This document shows, piece by piece, positions 23,088 to 35,700 of a stretch of 64,000 nt of DNA. Both the position numbers and the translations under genes were made by a program. The notes below the pieces were generated by a model, which was given only the letters and a program-made list of their open reading frames with translations, did not search any database and had not been told where the DNA came from. Each line of letters begins with the position of its first letter. Position 1 is the stretch's first letter. This DNA comes from Takakia lepidozioides (taxonomy: Eukaryota > Plantae > Bryophyta), in assembly GCA_030704615.1 (NCBI GenBank), contig CM060731.1, positions 53,692,001 through 53,756,000 of the forward strand. The letters run 5' to 3'.

Positions 23088-24410
23088 ATGGTGTTTGCAC
23101 GCCAGCAAAAGTGCACGTTGGGAAGACTGGAGCCGAGCTGGAAATCTAGGAGCAGCTTCCTCCAGCGCTTTTCTACTTTGTCCCAACAGCCCTTTGTGTC
23201 CCCATATCCGGCAGTTTTGCTAGATCCCACAGCCCTGACTGGTCCCTCGAAGATATGCAAAGGGAGCTGGGGTGATTGATGCTCGCTACTCGGTGGTTGT
23301 GACAATACGGGGCGATCGGCCTCCCCCCTTGAATGCTAACAGGATATCATGTCGGGAATTAATACCCGCAACAAATTTTGGCAGAAAAAGTGCGACCTTC
23401 AGGATGCGAGCATTTGACACCAATTCAGACGAAGATAACGATGAGAAGGAAGAAAGAGTTGTGCTATACAACTTGCAGTGGTGGTGATTTGAATAAGGAA
23501 CTTGTCACACCCCTGGAAAAGTGTAATTCAAGAACTCAACAAGAAACAGAGGCAACATGGAGGCCATTGCTCACATGCACAAATTCTGTGGAAGCTGCGT
23601 TGTTGGAGCTAGAGCGCTTGCGCTTCGTGAGGTTGCAGGAGGAGGTTAAAGAAACGCGGTTGTCAATTGAAAAGGCCGCCTTCAAAGAAGAACTCATGCG
23701 GGAAGCAGCCTCACTAGCACAAGTGGAAAAAGAGATGAAAACAAAGTTTGAGTTTGCACGGCGCTGCGATAAACATGATCTGAGTCTGATCGCAAAGGCG
23801 CGAGATAGGCATCTATCAGCACTGTAACGTGACCGTGAGCTTTGGTCTAAGTTTGAAGCCCGCCAAATCGGGAATGAAGCAGCTAAGGAGGAGGCCCGTC
23901 GCCAGGAAATTGCTGCCCATGAAGAAAAGGAGAGACATATCAAAGCTAGGGCTGAGGCCAAGGCTGAGGCTGAGGCAAAACAAAGGGCTGATGCTGAAAA
24001 AGAGGAGGCAGAAACTGAAGCTGCACAGAAGAAGGCTCAAGCGGCCGTTGCCGCAGCAACGGCACAACAGCGTCTTGAGGCAAAAAATAAATTCAAGCAA
24101 GAGGCGGACCCAAGGACTGCAGCCACAGGAGCAAGGCCACTTGTTGCACCGTCTGTAGTAAAGCTAGAGAAGATTCACAATTAGGAGCTCCAGCAAGCTT
24201 GTGAGCCCTTGAAGGCCAACTAATTGAATGCAAAAGAGTTGAAGGTTTATGAGCGTCTTATAATCAAGCATCTATAGCAGGTTGCTGCCGTGCTTAAGAA
24301 CAAGTCACAAGGAAGTCTTTGGATTTGTTGTAGCTGATTTGCGACCCCCATGCTCCTACCCAATTCCTGATCCTTACATTGGGCTCAAAACTACTCTTAC
24401 AATGCGAGCC
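23088..24410 (+). pseudogene. GLE1: GLE1 pseudogene (inverted, 3'-truncated duplicate of 29460-31388)
   Basis: Colinear with the reverse complement of ~30090-31388. It has frameshifts and stops (e.g. TAA ~23825, TAG ~24182) and is truncated after LGSKLLLQCE. Confidence 0.9.
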
Positions 24411-24714
24411 ACAGGAGCAGTGCGTCGTAGTATTGATGGCTTTCGGAGGGTGGAGGATGGTGCTGAAATCGACAGTGAATCCTCAGCCATACTCTTCGCC
24501 TCTCGGGAATCGGACGACACTCTTCTCCATTCGGGTCCTGAAACGGAAGTTCATTTACAGGATCCTTCTGGGTCTAACCCGGTTATCAACGTCACGTCCG
24601 TCTGTCAGCGTCAGGTTACGTCAGACCTGACGATGACGGGACCTCCGTCACGTCAGGTTCGGGGAATATTCTGGTAAAAATAGTACCAAGTAAAATACTG
24701 CCACTTAAACAGCC

Positions 24715-25660
24715 ACGTCGCCGACACGGTGGCGGTGACAAATACATTTTGAAAATTAACAACATGAACGCGACCGCCAATTATGGCGGTCGCTTCAATT
24801 TATTTAAAAAAAAAACAAGATTGGCGGTCGCATTGGCGGTCGTTTTATTTTCGAATGAAAAAAAGAAATAGCGACCGCTATCTTGGTGGTCGCTTCAATT
24901 TATTTTATTTTTAAAACAAGATTGGCGGTCGCCTAATTTAAAAAAGAAAACAAGCGACTACCGTATTGGCGGTCGCACAATTTTGTAAATATGTACAAAA
25001 CAAGCGACCGCGGATAATTTCAAAAATATATTAAAAAAAAACAAGCGATCGCCATATGGCGGTCGGATAATTTCAAAAATATATTAAAAAAAAAACAGCG
25101 ACCGCCATTGGGTGGTCGCTTAATTTAAAAAATATATAGAAAAACAAACGACTGCCATATGGTGGTCGGTAAATTTAAAATTATATAAATAAAACAAGCG
25201 ACATATGAAAATAAAAGCGACCGCCACACCGGTGGTTGCTTGTTTTAAAACAGTACAATATTTGCGACCACCAAACCGGTGGTCGCATCAATTTTTAAAA
25301 TATATATTAAGTTTAAGCGACCGCCAGCCTGGAGGCCATTTTTAAAAATAGTGAACAGTGAAAGCGACCGCCTTACTGGCAGTTGCGTTTTTAAAAAAAT
25401 ATTAAGAATAAAAGCGACCACCATATTGGCGGTCGCTTTATTTTAAATATATTAACAAATGAAGCGACCGCCATACCGACAGTCGCATTATATTTTGAAA
25501 TAAAAAACAATAGCGACCGGCCATATGGGCGGTCGCTTAAATTTAAAAATATACAAAATAGAAGTGACCGCAATATTGCACAAAATGAAAAGAAATAAAG
25601 CGACCGCAGTAGTGGCGGTCGCTTGTTTTTCATAAAAAATAGAAATAGCGACCGTAGTAT
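24715..25660. repeat. Array of about 20 GCGACCGCC-N(3-6)-GGCGGTCGC hairpin motifs in A-rich spacers; probable DNA-transposon subterminal repeats
   Basis: Directly visible recurrent inverted 9-mers separated by AT-rich spacers. Confidence 0.75.
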
Positions 25661-25749
25661 TAGAAGTCTGAATTTTATCATTTACAAGACAAGTACCTTT
25701 GGAATTGATTATAGGCATCTCATCAACTGTATTGACTTTTTTGTTGCAG

Positions 25750-28700
25750 AATGCTCCTTCCACTCTTGAGCCTTATTAGTGCCATTCTTGGTGATAAGCC
25801 AGCAGAAGAGGTTCCAATGGTGAGGTCAACATTTAATGTACTGTGTTACATGGTCTGCAAAACCTGGTTCTTGTTAGGACTTGGAAGCCAAGGTTATCAG
25901 CCTGAAGCTTCCAAAAAGTACATTTGGGGATTCTGCCCACTTTGTTGGATATGTCATCAAGAGCAAGTAGGAGCACTGTTAGTTGCACAATTTTAAGTTG
26001 ACTGGGTTTTAAGGTCTCATTTGGGGCATGCACCCTTTTCCTCCAACTTAAGAATCAAAAAAATTAAAGCTGAGGCACTGTTGCCTAGTTTGTTGGTACA
26101 GTTGGTGGAGTTCATGCTCCACAAAGTGATGGAGCAGTTTGAGCGCCACCTTCACAAATGAAACAAGTCACAAAAGTATGTGATAAAGCTACATTATCCA
26201 GCTGTCTTGGGTTCTGATGTGATTTTGACCTTTTGTTTGTATTTCCTTGGGGCGACCTGTGATCAAATCAAAAGTCAAGTGATGCTTTGGAGTCTGTTTG
26301 GGGGGTTTGATCTTACTCCGTACCCATTCTGCTCCACACTGTGTTTGTATAGGTTTTTGCATTACTATGCAGTGGTTCCTTTACATCGAGACGGTGCTCT
26401 CTGTTGAATCTCTTGAAGAGGGTCAGTCCTGATGCATGCTACTGCTGTGGTATAGTCGGGTTGTGTGCCAACTCCACTTCTGGATGAAAAGTGCCTTGAC
26501 GGACATATTAGTGCGAGAAGAAAAACTCTCCTCAAGGTCCATGGTGCTAGAGGCATTGGCTGTTGGCTCAGGAGAGGAAGTTAAGGTATGTTACTGTTGA
26601 CTTCTCCTTTGTCTTCCAAGGCTATTTTCTTTATGTGGTGTAGGAAACGCAATGTTCATGCCTGCCTCTTGAATCCACCGTAGGTTGCCTCAGACGATAT
26701 GGAGCTGTTTGCTTGTAACGCTCAATAGCCTTCCTTGCTGAATGAAGAGTGCACGCTTGTTCATACCATCTTTATGGTGCATAGATGGCTTGAACACTCA
26801 TTCTTGATGATGGTCATATACATGGCCTGTTTGACTTTCAAACTGTTGTGGTTGAATGTAGAAAAGTCCTGCATACACTAGGACAGGGTGTTGCTGTACG
26901 TATCTTTGTCAGTATGAGCATTCCATTTGTGAAAGGAAAGTATTTCACTTTTAAGGATAGGTGAGATCTGATGAACATAATTGACCCGTAGTGGCCAGAC
27001 ATTGGAGCAAGCATGTACACTGAGATGGGTTTCTATTGTTTGATTTGCACGGTGGGGGGTGGGGGTGGCAGTTGCTTACCACTAAGCTTCGGCAAATCAA
27101 GGTGGGGGCTCTCTTTCCTAACCTGGACAGTGCATGTCTCTACATTATGTTGTTCCTTGGCTGGGATTTCAGACAAATGCCATGAGGACCCAACATTCCA
27201 AGGAGGACCTAGTTTTACAAGAAGTTCCAGTGAAAAACTCAAAGATTGTCTTCCGCCTTCATGTGGATCAGCGAGCCAGCCCAGGTTTGAAGTAAAATTG
27301 CTCCCAACACCTTTCCCTCAGGGACTAATTGGACTATTGACTGCTCCTTTGAGAAATTTGATCGGGATTATTTGACCAAAAGACTGAAAAAGTGACCTTC
27401 GTATGGGGTGATTTGTATTCGCAATTTTTTTTTTCATGTGAGCAGGGTAATATAACGATGACTGAGAGACTGAGAGACTGATCTGATTTGATGGCTCTCT
27501 CTATCTCTTCAAGAGAGGGTCAATGGCCACAAGGCTACGGCAAACAACGTCTTATGAGTACAATCTATCTCTTCAAGAGAGCAATTAATATGTATAGATG
27601 ATTCCAAATGTGCAAAGATAGTATGTGCAAGAAAATCTATGGCCAGAAAGTGGAATGAAATATGTATGCCTTGCACCATTTGCATGGAGGATGAGCTTCC
27701 AAAGAAGTTTGAGGTGCCTTTATCCCGGCAGACACTCTGGCTATTGACCTAGTATTGGGCGCTGACAGAAAGTAAAATCCCCCCCTCACGTCAGATCTTG
27801 TTCAGGCCAGCTCCATACTGTACTTGTGGCTATGGTCCCTGGCCTACTAATTTAGTACCAAAGTTATGTTTGGTTGTTTGAGTTGTATGTGGATTTTCAT
27901 ATGATCCCTTCTGGTCAATTATTCATGCATGACACTGAAATCTTATGCACATGTTGAAGTGAATGGTTCTGGTTCTGTGGGACTTCTCTGGGTATTTGAA
28001 GATGGAGAAGAAGCAAGTGGAAGATGAGAAGAAGGTGAAGCAAGAGGAGATGGACAAGTTGGTGAAGGAGAGCGAGGAGAAACAGTCTGCTGTCCAAGGC
28101 TCTGAAGAATGAGCTGGATTACATCAAGCGGCTGGATGAGGAACATCTCCTGAGACTGGAGAATCAGAAGAGAGAGATTGAAATGGAGGCCAAAAAAATT
28201 GTTGATTCCCTGGAAGTGCAGTTGAAAGAATCTCAGAAGAAGGTGCGTGAAGCTGAAGTCAGATCTGCGCAGGAGCTATGCAGCCTTCGCAAGGACATTG
28301 AGTACCAAAAATTTCTCTCCCATCAAGCTCTTGAATAGCAGGTGCAAAGCTCTATCTCTCGTATGCTCCCCCACAAGAGTTTTCCAGGTGGTTGGTGTAA
28401 CGTGGGTAGCAGTTTTGTGAATCGAGTTTTAGCTCTATCTGAAGTCAGGTTCTTGATGGCTCACCCTGAGGAGTACCTCTGGTCTGTCTATGCTGGTGAC
28501 ATTTGGTTCTGTGGTCGTGTGCAAGTTGACGAGTCAGCATAAACACATTGTCTGGATAGCAGTAGACACAGTTTTGAATCTTTTGCAGTCTGCAGCCTAG
28601 GGATGGTTTGTGGCTGCCTCACAATCATTACCCCACTTTCAGTCCTGTTGAGTGGTAAGTTCTTTCTTCCCGTGAATGCTAGTAAGTACCATTTCATTTC

Positions 28701-29056
28701 ATTTACATCAATTCTTATTTTATGTTTCATCTTGCAGGATCTCAGATTCGCATCACTGAATGCCAAGGAAGAGGTTTTAAGAATGCAAATGGAGTGGAGA
28801 AAACAGTTCAGCAATCTTGGTAAACTATCACCATGATCAAGCCCTCAACAGATACGTTGCATTTGAGACTAGCTTTCATATGATTACCTTTGTTCCTAGT
28901 TATGTGTATCCCAGCTGTGTTTCCATAACAAGAGGCTTATGTGCCTTTCTTTTTCTGCAGAGGGACAGCTTCAAGGAATGGCTAGGGCAGCATCTGGTTA
29001 TCATAAAGTGCTGGCAGAGCATCGTATGTTATACAACAAAGTACAGGATCTTAAAA
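25750..29056 (+). pseudogene. Kinesin-14 (KCH-type) gene fragment, upstream of the motor domain, disrupted
   Basis: Exons LLSLISAILGDKPAEEVPM (~25750-25819), LVEFMLHKVMEQFERHL (~26102), a coiled coil at ~27990-28341 with a TAG, DLRFASLNAKEEVLRMQ (~28738-28819) and GQLQGMARAASGYHKVLAEHRMLYNKVQDLK (~28961-29056; compare ENRKLYNEVQDLKG). No motor exons follow. Confidence 0.75.
27518..27563 (+). mobile_element. 46-bp extreme 3' fragment of the (TC)n LINE with an 18-bp TSD
   Basis: GGTCAATGGCCACAAGGCTACGGCAAACAACGTCTTATGAGTACAA flanked by TCTATCTCTTCAAGAGAG at 27500-27517 and 27564-27581. Confidence 0.85.
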
Positions 29057-29459
29057 GTAAGTTGGTTCATATCTTCATCAGTCAGAGCAGTGCTGGGGAC
29101 GTTGGAAGTGTTTGGGATGCATATCTTTTCTTGTTTTTCAATTTTAATTTACAAAAAAATTAACAGAAAGGGGACATTGGCCCTGTTAATCAATTTAGAA
29201 AAGCGAGGTAAAAATAACCTTGACAAGGCCATAAGGCAATACAATCATGGGGATCCTCCCAGAACGTCCACAATGGGAAGCTAGCCACTAAGAAAGGTCC
29301 ACCGTAAAAAACAGCCTAGCATTGGACCAATCTGTATTTAAATAAACCAAGGTTAACAAACAGTGCCAGGACGTCCAGTCGGCTAGAAGCCTCGAGCTGT
29401 GACAGCAAAGCAGAACATAGAAGGCAGGGGCTCAAAATATCAGCCATCCTTTGAAAACT

Positions 29460-31388
29460 CTAGGCCTTTATTAACGAGGAGAAATCAGTTACTGGCATAC
29501 TCCTGCCCTCTGGTTCTTGCAAGAATTGCTGGGTATATAAATATGTCTCAAGACGGTTCACCACTGCCCTTGAGTCTGGGTCCCCTCCATTTTTCAAATT
29601 TACTATGAAGTCCGACACCACCACTTGCATCAATTTCATAAATGCCTTTGGGTATGCCCTGTGCAGACGGAAGCCCCCCATCTTCAAAAAAGCTTCCAAG
29701 GCTGAGGCTGAGGCACGATCTGAAGGAACGTTGTTGAGCAGGCGTGCGCACCATGCCCATCCATCTGCCAAACCATGTGGATTTTTCCCAGTTGCTGCAA
29801 CAGTCTGTACCATGGCGCCGTAGAAAGTCATGTATGCAGTCATGCGCGCAACATACTCGTCAGTGCTCTCCAACTTTCCATTATCTTCTCGGTAACCAAG
29901 TGTCTTGTAGTATGCATGGTCGGTTTCAAACTGGTCCTTTGAGAACACGTAGGCCTTAGGCACAGTGAATATACAGACTTCATGGAGCTTTGCAAGCACC
30001 ACATCCATTACATACGGTACCTGAGAAGCAACATTGACGATGACTTGTGACAATGCAAACGCGAATGAAGGTAACTTCAATACCTGTGACTCGCATTGCG
30101 AGAGTAGTTTAGAGCCCAATGTAAGGATCAGGAATTGGGTAGGAGCGTGGGGGTCGCAAATCAGCTGCAACAGGTCCAAAGACTTCCTTGTGACCTGTTC
30201 TTGAGTGGCAGCAACCTGCTGTAGATGCTTGATTATAAGACGCTCATAAACCTTCAACTCCTTTGCATTCGATTGGTTGGCCTTCAAGGGCTCACAGGCT
30301 TGCTGGAGCTCCCTGAGTTTCTGATTGTGAATCTTCTCCAGCTTTACTGCAGACGGTGCAACAAGTGGCCTTGCTCCTGTGGCTGCAGTCCTTGGGTCCG
30401 CCTCTTGCTTGAATTTATTTTTTGCCTCAAGACGCTGCTGTGCCGCTGCTGCGGCAGCGGCCGCTTGAGCCTTCCTCTGTGCAGCTTCAGTTTCTGCCTT
30501 CTCTTTTTCAGCATCAGCCCTCTGCTTTGCCTCTGCCTCTGCCTCAGCCCTAGCTTTGATGTGCCTCTCCTTTTCTTCATGGGCAGCAATTTCCTGGCGA
30601 CGGGCCTCCTCCTTAGCTGCTTCCTTCCTGATTTGGCGGGCTTCAAACTTAGACCAAAGCTCACGGTCACATTGCAGTGCTGATAGATGCCTATCTCGCG
30701 CCTCTGCGATCAGACTCAGCTCATGTTTATCACAGCGCCGTGCAAACTCAAACTTTGCTTTCGTCTCTTTTTCCACTCGTGCTAGTGAGGCTGCTTCCCG
30801 CAGGAGTTCTTCTTTGAAGCCCTTTTCAATTGACAACCGCGTTTCTTGAACCTCCTCCTGCACCCTCACGAAGCGCAAGCGCTCCAGCTCCAACAATGCA
30901 GCTTCCACAGGATTTGTGCGTGTGAGCAACGGCCTCCATGTTGTCTCTCTTTCTTGAGCTCTTGAATTCCATTTTTCTGGGGCTGTGACAGGTTCCCTGC
31001 AGGTTGTATGAAGCACAACTCTTTCTTCCTCCTCATCGCTATCTTCGTCTGAATCAGTATCACATGCTCGCATCCTGAAGGTGGCACTTTTTCTGACAAA
31101 CTTTGCTACGGGTATTAATTCTCGGCATGATATCCTGTTGGCATTCAAGGGGGGAGGCCGATCGCCCCGTATTGTCACAGCCACCGAGTAGTTGCCATCA
31201 ATCACCCCCAGCTCCCTTTGCAGATCTTCGAGGGACCAGTCTGGGCTGCGATCTAGCGAAACTGCCGGATATGGGGACACAGAGGGCTGTTTGGACAAAG
31301 TAGAATAGCGCTGGAGGAATCTGCTCCTAGATTTCCAGCTTGGCTCCAGTCTTCCCAACGTGCACTTTCGCTGGCCTGCAGACACCAT
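29460..31388 (-). CDS. GLE1: mRNA export factor GLE1, intronless
   Basis: 642-aa ORF with a coiled coil followed by a GLE1 domain: LAKLHEVCIFTVP, YYKTLGYRED..LESTDEY, NPHGLADGWAWCARLLN, ALEAFLKMGGFRLH, FLQEPEGR. Confidence 0.92.
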   Translation of the reverse strand: MVSAGQRKCTLGRLEPSWKSRSRFLQRYSTLSKQPSVSPYPAVSLDRSPDWSLEDLQRELGVIDGNYSVAVTIRGDRPPPLNANRISCRELIPVAKFVRKSATFRMRACDTDSDEDSDEEEERVVLHTTCREPVTAPEKWNSRAQERETTWRPLLTRTNPVEAALLELERLRFVRVQEEVQETRLSIEKGFKEELLREAASLARVEKETKAKFEFARRCDKHELSLIAEARDRHLSALQCDRELWSKFEARQIRKEAAKEEARRQEIAAHEEKERHIKARAEAEAEAKQRADAEKEKAETEAAQRKAQAAAAAAAAQQRLEAKNKFKQEADPRTAATGARPLVAPSAVKLEKIHNQKLRELQQACEPLKANQSNAKELKVYERLIIKHLQQVAATQEQVTRKSLDLLQLICDPHAPTQFLILTLGSKLLSQCESQVLKLPSFAFALSQVIVNVASQVPYVMDVVLAKLHEVCIFTVPKAYVFSKDQFETDHAYYKTLGYREDNGKLESTDEYVARMTAYMTFYGAMVQTVAATGKNPHGLADGWAWCARLLNNVPSDRASASALEAFLKMGGFRLHRAYPKAFMKLMQVVVSDFIVNLKNGGDPDSRAVVNRLETYLYTQQFLQEPEGRSMPVTDFSSLIKA

Positions 31389-31417
31389 TCCCCCTCAATG
31401 GGAAGGGCCCTGGTGAG

Positions 31418-31814
31418 GGGGGGAGCAGACAGACTTGAATTGGAGTACACACAAGAGAGCGAGGATCCAAAACTTAGAACTCTGTTGAAATTCTGATCTC
31501 TCAAGCCTCTCTCACCTCTGTTCCCTTCTGGGACTGTCCACGGATCTCCTACTGGATTTGGCTACCAGGTACTAGAACCAGTCTAAAACTTGGTTCACTT
31601 GGATAAAAAGGGCCAGGGGGAGCAGCAGACTTGAATTGGAGTACACACAAGAGAGCGAGGATCCAAAACTTAGAACTCTGTTGAAATTCTGATCTCTCAA
31701 GCCTCTCTCACCTCTGTTCCCTTCTGGGACTGCCCACGGATCTCCTACTGGATCTGGCTACCAGATAGGTACTAAAACCAGTCTAAAACTTGGTTCACTT
31801 GGATAAAAAGGGCC
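31418..31814. repeat. ~197-bp tandem duplication in the GLE1 5' region
   Basis: GGGGGAGCAG..ACTTGAATTGGAGTACACAC...GGATAAAAAGGGCCAG occurs twice, starting at ~31418 and ~31616. Confidence 0.85.
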
Positions 31815-32762
31815 AGTGTCCCCTTTCCATTTATAGAAAAGAAAAAGAAAATAGTAGAACCAGAGGACAACAAAAAAGCACTTTTTTCCTTAATTGGCAA
31901 GCTTATCTGCCCCCACGTGTCACCCCAGAAACCCCTACGCCCACCACTTGACACTTGTAACTTACACTAACTCCCCCACAGACAAACTCAGTCTCACTTG
32001 CAAGGTAGTAGGGGAAGCTTCCCACGGGCTCCTCCCACGCAGCCCCTGTCTCTGGCCATTCGGGACTGTTCCCATTACCTCTCGTTACCCAATAATATCC
32101 CATTACCTCTCGTTACCCAATAATATCCCCGTAAACTTCGCGTTCCTGGTGTATTTTGGCAGGGAAGGCTGATTATTGTGTGGCACTGATGTAGTTTTGG
32201 GTTAGTCCAGTTTGAGCATGTCGAAAGTGTAGCCCAAGTAGCAGCTTTGTGACAATGAGAAAGCATGTGCAGTTTTGGTTTGGGTTGGAATTTATGTAGG
32301 GATTCAGGATGCGGGGTAGACTGGTAGGGTTCGGTGACAGCCCTTACAAATATCTGCCCTGAGGACATGATTGTCGTTACATTCATGAGCCTCATACTTT
32401 GTTGACACTGAATCGTGGACCTGGCATTTCATGTACTATTTGTTCTTGACACTCTGGAATCTGATATGGTGAAGTGATCTAGTGCTTACAGCCATGCCTG
32501 TTGAATTAATGTCCACTGACTATGTCTTTGGTGGAAATTGCATTTTGCTTTGATGAAGTATGAGGAAACAACCACTTATTGTAGATACTTGTAAGGTATC
32601 ACAGGGTAGTTCTCATATCCATGGATTCAATGGTTGCATTGTGGTTGCAGTCACCAATTCACATGCAGAAGTCTGGTAGCCTAGTACTTCTAGCACTTGA
32701 GGTGTGTCTCTGTCAACAACAACCTTACATTAAGCGGCCACTCCAAGAGGTCACGGACTTCT

Positions 32763-35700
32763 CTAAAAAACTGATGGAAAGTTGGGCTTGGACAAACTCA
32801 CTTGACACAAGAAGTGATCTGTGGAAGGAGCTAATATCCTCTTCTCATCACAGATTGGACATAAGTTTGTTTCTAAGAGACTTGAGTGGTCTCTTCCAGC
32901 AAAAACAATCTGTGCAGCTGGTTTGTTTGGAAATTGAGGAGGGTGGAGCAATAACTGAGCGAGTATCACAGCACAGGCACATGCTCCCATGCCACCCAAT
33001 GCAAATTTACCCCCTGGTACCTCCACACTCACAGGAGATTCTGGCTGCTGTCCTTTGCCCAATTTGCTCAATGGTAAATGAAGATTCCAAGCCATGGCTG
33101 GTGGAACAACACCGTAGAGAATTGGCATCGCATATCCGCCCTGAGTACCCAAATGCACAAGAAAGAAAGGGCATCTCAGTCAGCTGTCTAGTGATTGAGA
33201 CAGCATGATCATGGTGCAGATCTTCAAGCTAAGAAATGTACATTATGCACTCCAGAACCAGGTGTAGAAAAATGCTCACCGCGAGGTCTGCGGCAGAAAA
33301 GAATGCATCAGAGACAAAGGATGAAGCAGCTAGAGGTGGAGCTAGCACAAGAAGAAATGAACACGCTCGTGCAGAGTTGCTTCTCAACCACTTGGAGAGA
33401 AATTGTGTAGTTCCATTTGTCTGGTCTCTGGCAGCTCCAGGTACAACTTCCCAAAAGTCTCTGATGTCCTCACCTTGAGACATACAACACCACACCAATA
33501 CAAACAGGCAGCTTCCACTTTGATCCTCAATAAACAAAAGCTACCCAGTGGCCAAGTCCAGAGCATAAATCAAACATTGATGTCACTTACAAAAAGAGCC
33601 CAAACTTGCAACACACCAGTGTGGCAAAGAAGGCTCTTTAGTCATGCTCTTTCAATTTTCCTCGTGTCTCTTTTTCATTGTTATAAAGTTTGTTTCTTTC
33701 TTAGACAATCCCTTGAGCTTTGGTTGCTTTTGGGCTGTTTGTGGTCCCTCTCGCTTTCTTGTTTTTCTGTTCTTCTTGTCCCATAAGCTCTTTGAGCTTC
33801 CAGCGGACGTTATAAAGTACCATTTCATTTCTTTCTTGACTCAACCTTTCCTTTGTGATGGGTGAAACACTGGAAGTGTCACAATCAATCACAGTGCTCT
33901 TAGATATTATGTCATTCGCCCACAACAACGTTCACACTGTCTGAAACTGTGAATAGACAAAATAGTATAAGACAAGACAGGAGTCCAGTAGTGCAGACAG
34001 CAAGTTCCAAAGATACATGTAGGCGGGTTTCCTCCAGAGATTAGGGCATAAATTGAACTATAAATCAGGAATTTTCTGTTGTTAACAGGTGGTGAGGCAC
34101 TGGAGGTCTACCTCCTCTCACCCTTGACCCATATGAATTGCCCAGCTGCTCCATGAAAAACTCCGACAACCCCAAAACTGTGCCAATAAATGACGTCGCA
34201 ACTGCAAGCAATGAGAAGATTTCAATGATTAATGCAGGCCCTGAACCACCTAACCTGCAAAAAAGATCAGAAACCAACAAACATCACCCTTTTGTCCATA
34301 ATGGTGATAGCTTAAGGGACACCCTCCCAGCAGGATAGGTAAGCCCAAAAGGCACAATGTGAATTCTGTGGTACAATAAAGATCACATAAATTACCACAG
34401 AAGATGACGTTGGAGAAGAGGAGTTGTAATTTGACATGCTGACAACAGTGGTTCATCTGTGAGAAACCAAAAGAAAGGTTTCAAAAAGAGTACCACCACC
34501 AAAGTAAGACTTGAATTCCTGATGCACTAAGTAGGTTCACGGCTAATACTGCCCAGAGAGAAATGACATGAAATGGTACTTTATAACGTGCGCCGGGAGC
34601 TCAAAGAGCATATGGAACAAGAGGAAGACAGAAACAAGAAAGAGAGGGGCCACAAACGGCCGAAAAGCAACTAAAGCTCAAGGGATTGTCTGAGAGTCAA
34701 GGCTGCATGCAGGTAAGCTGCCAAGCATTTCTGATCCTCGTAAGGGAAGACCTCCGTGAGAGATTGGGTATCCCGGAATAGACAGTTGAATCTCCCGTGG
34801 ATCTCATAGTAAAAAGGACAGGAACGACGAAAGGTTCTTCACTTTCAATTTCCCTGTTCCCCAGCGCAAGCGGGGCATAGTCAGTCTTCATATTTTGTGG
34901 CAGTAGGGAAGCAATGGAGAGTCCATTGCACTCAAAAAAGTTGGACACCCTAGGATACAAGTGTGCTTGAAACCCACTGTTTTGAGCCTGATAGATGATG
35001 TGAGGCCCCGGCTGTCAACCCTTTGTAACCTTGTAAGAAAGATTGTACGCTGGAAGATGGCCTTGGGTTGAAGTGGGACGCATGCAAATTCTGCACATAG
35101 AATGATAGTGTTGTCTCAGAGAGTACCTTATGAGAATATCAATGGGATCTGCAGAGCCTGAAACTGGAGCCAAACTAAGAGCAATAGCGTCCCAGCTGAC
35201 AAACATAGCTAGTGGCACTGCGCTGCCCACAATGATGCTTGTTCGGATTCGGACCATGTCACCTCCCAAATAGGCACATAATACTGCCAGAGACAATCCA
35301 TAAACAAGGTGAATATATCTGATACCATCCCATATCCAAGCTCTAAAATCCTACCCGTAGTGTAAGTAAGAATGCACTGCATTTTTTACTTTCTGACTCA
35401 TTTGATGAATTAGTCGCAGTTTTTGGTCTTCTTAGCTGAGAAAAGACCTATTGCCACAAAATATCCATGCAGGGACCTGAGGTCAAGGCCAAACTTCCAC
35501 CTGAAACAAGCAATGAGCATGCAGGCCTCTGTTCCTCGCCAGATGAACTCCATACAAGACGTACAAACAGTTTGCTGAAGCCTCCTCAATCAGGCCCCCT
35601 ATCGTTGACTGTTAATTTGGTGTGAAGTTTTTTGTTGTACGACAGCAGCAAGTATAGGTGGATTCATAAACAAGTTCCTGGGGCACTTGCTTTGAATTTC

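Noticed and set aside
24715-25660. CRISPR-like palindromic repeat/spacer array
   Set aside because: Repeats are short and variable, spacers are low-complexity A-tracts, there are no cas genes, and the context is eukaryotic.
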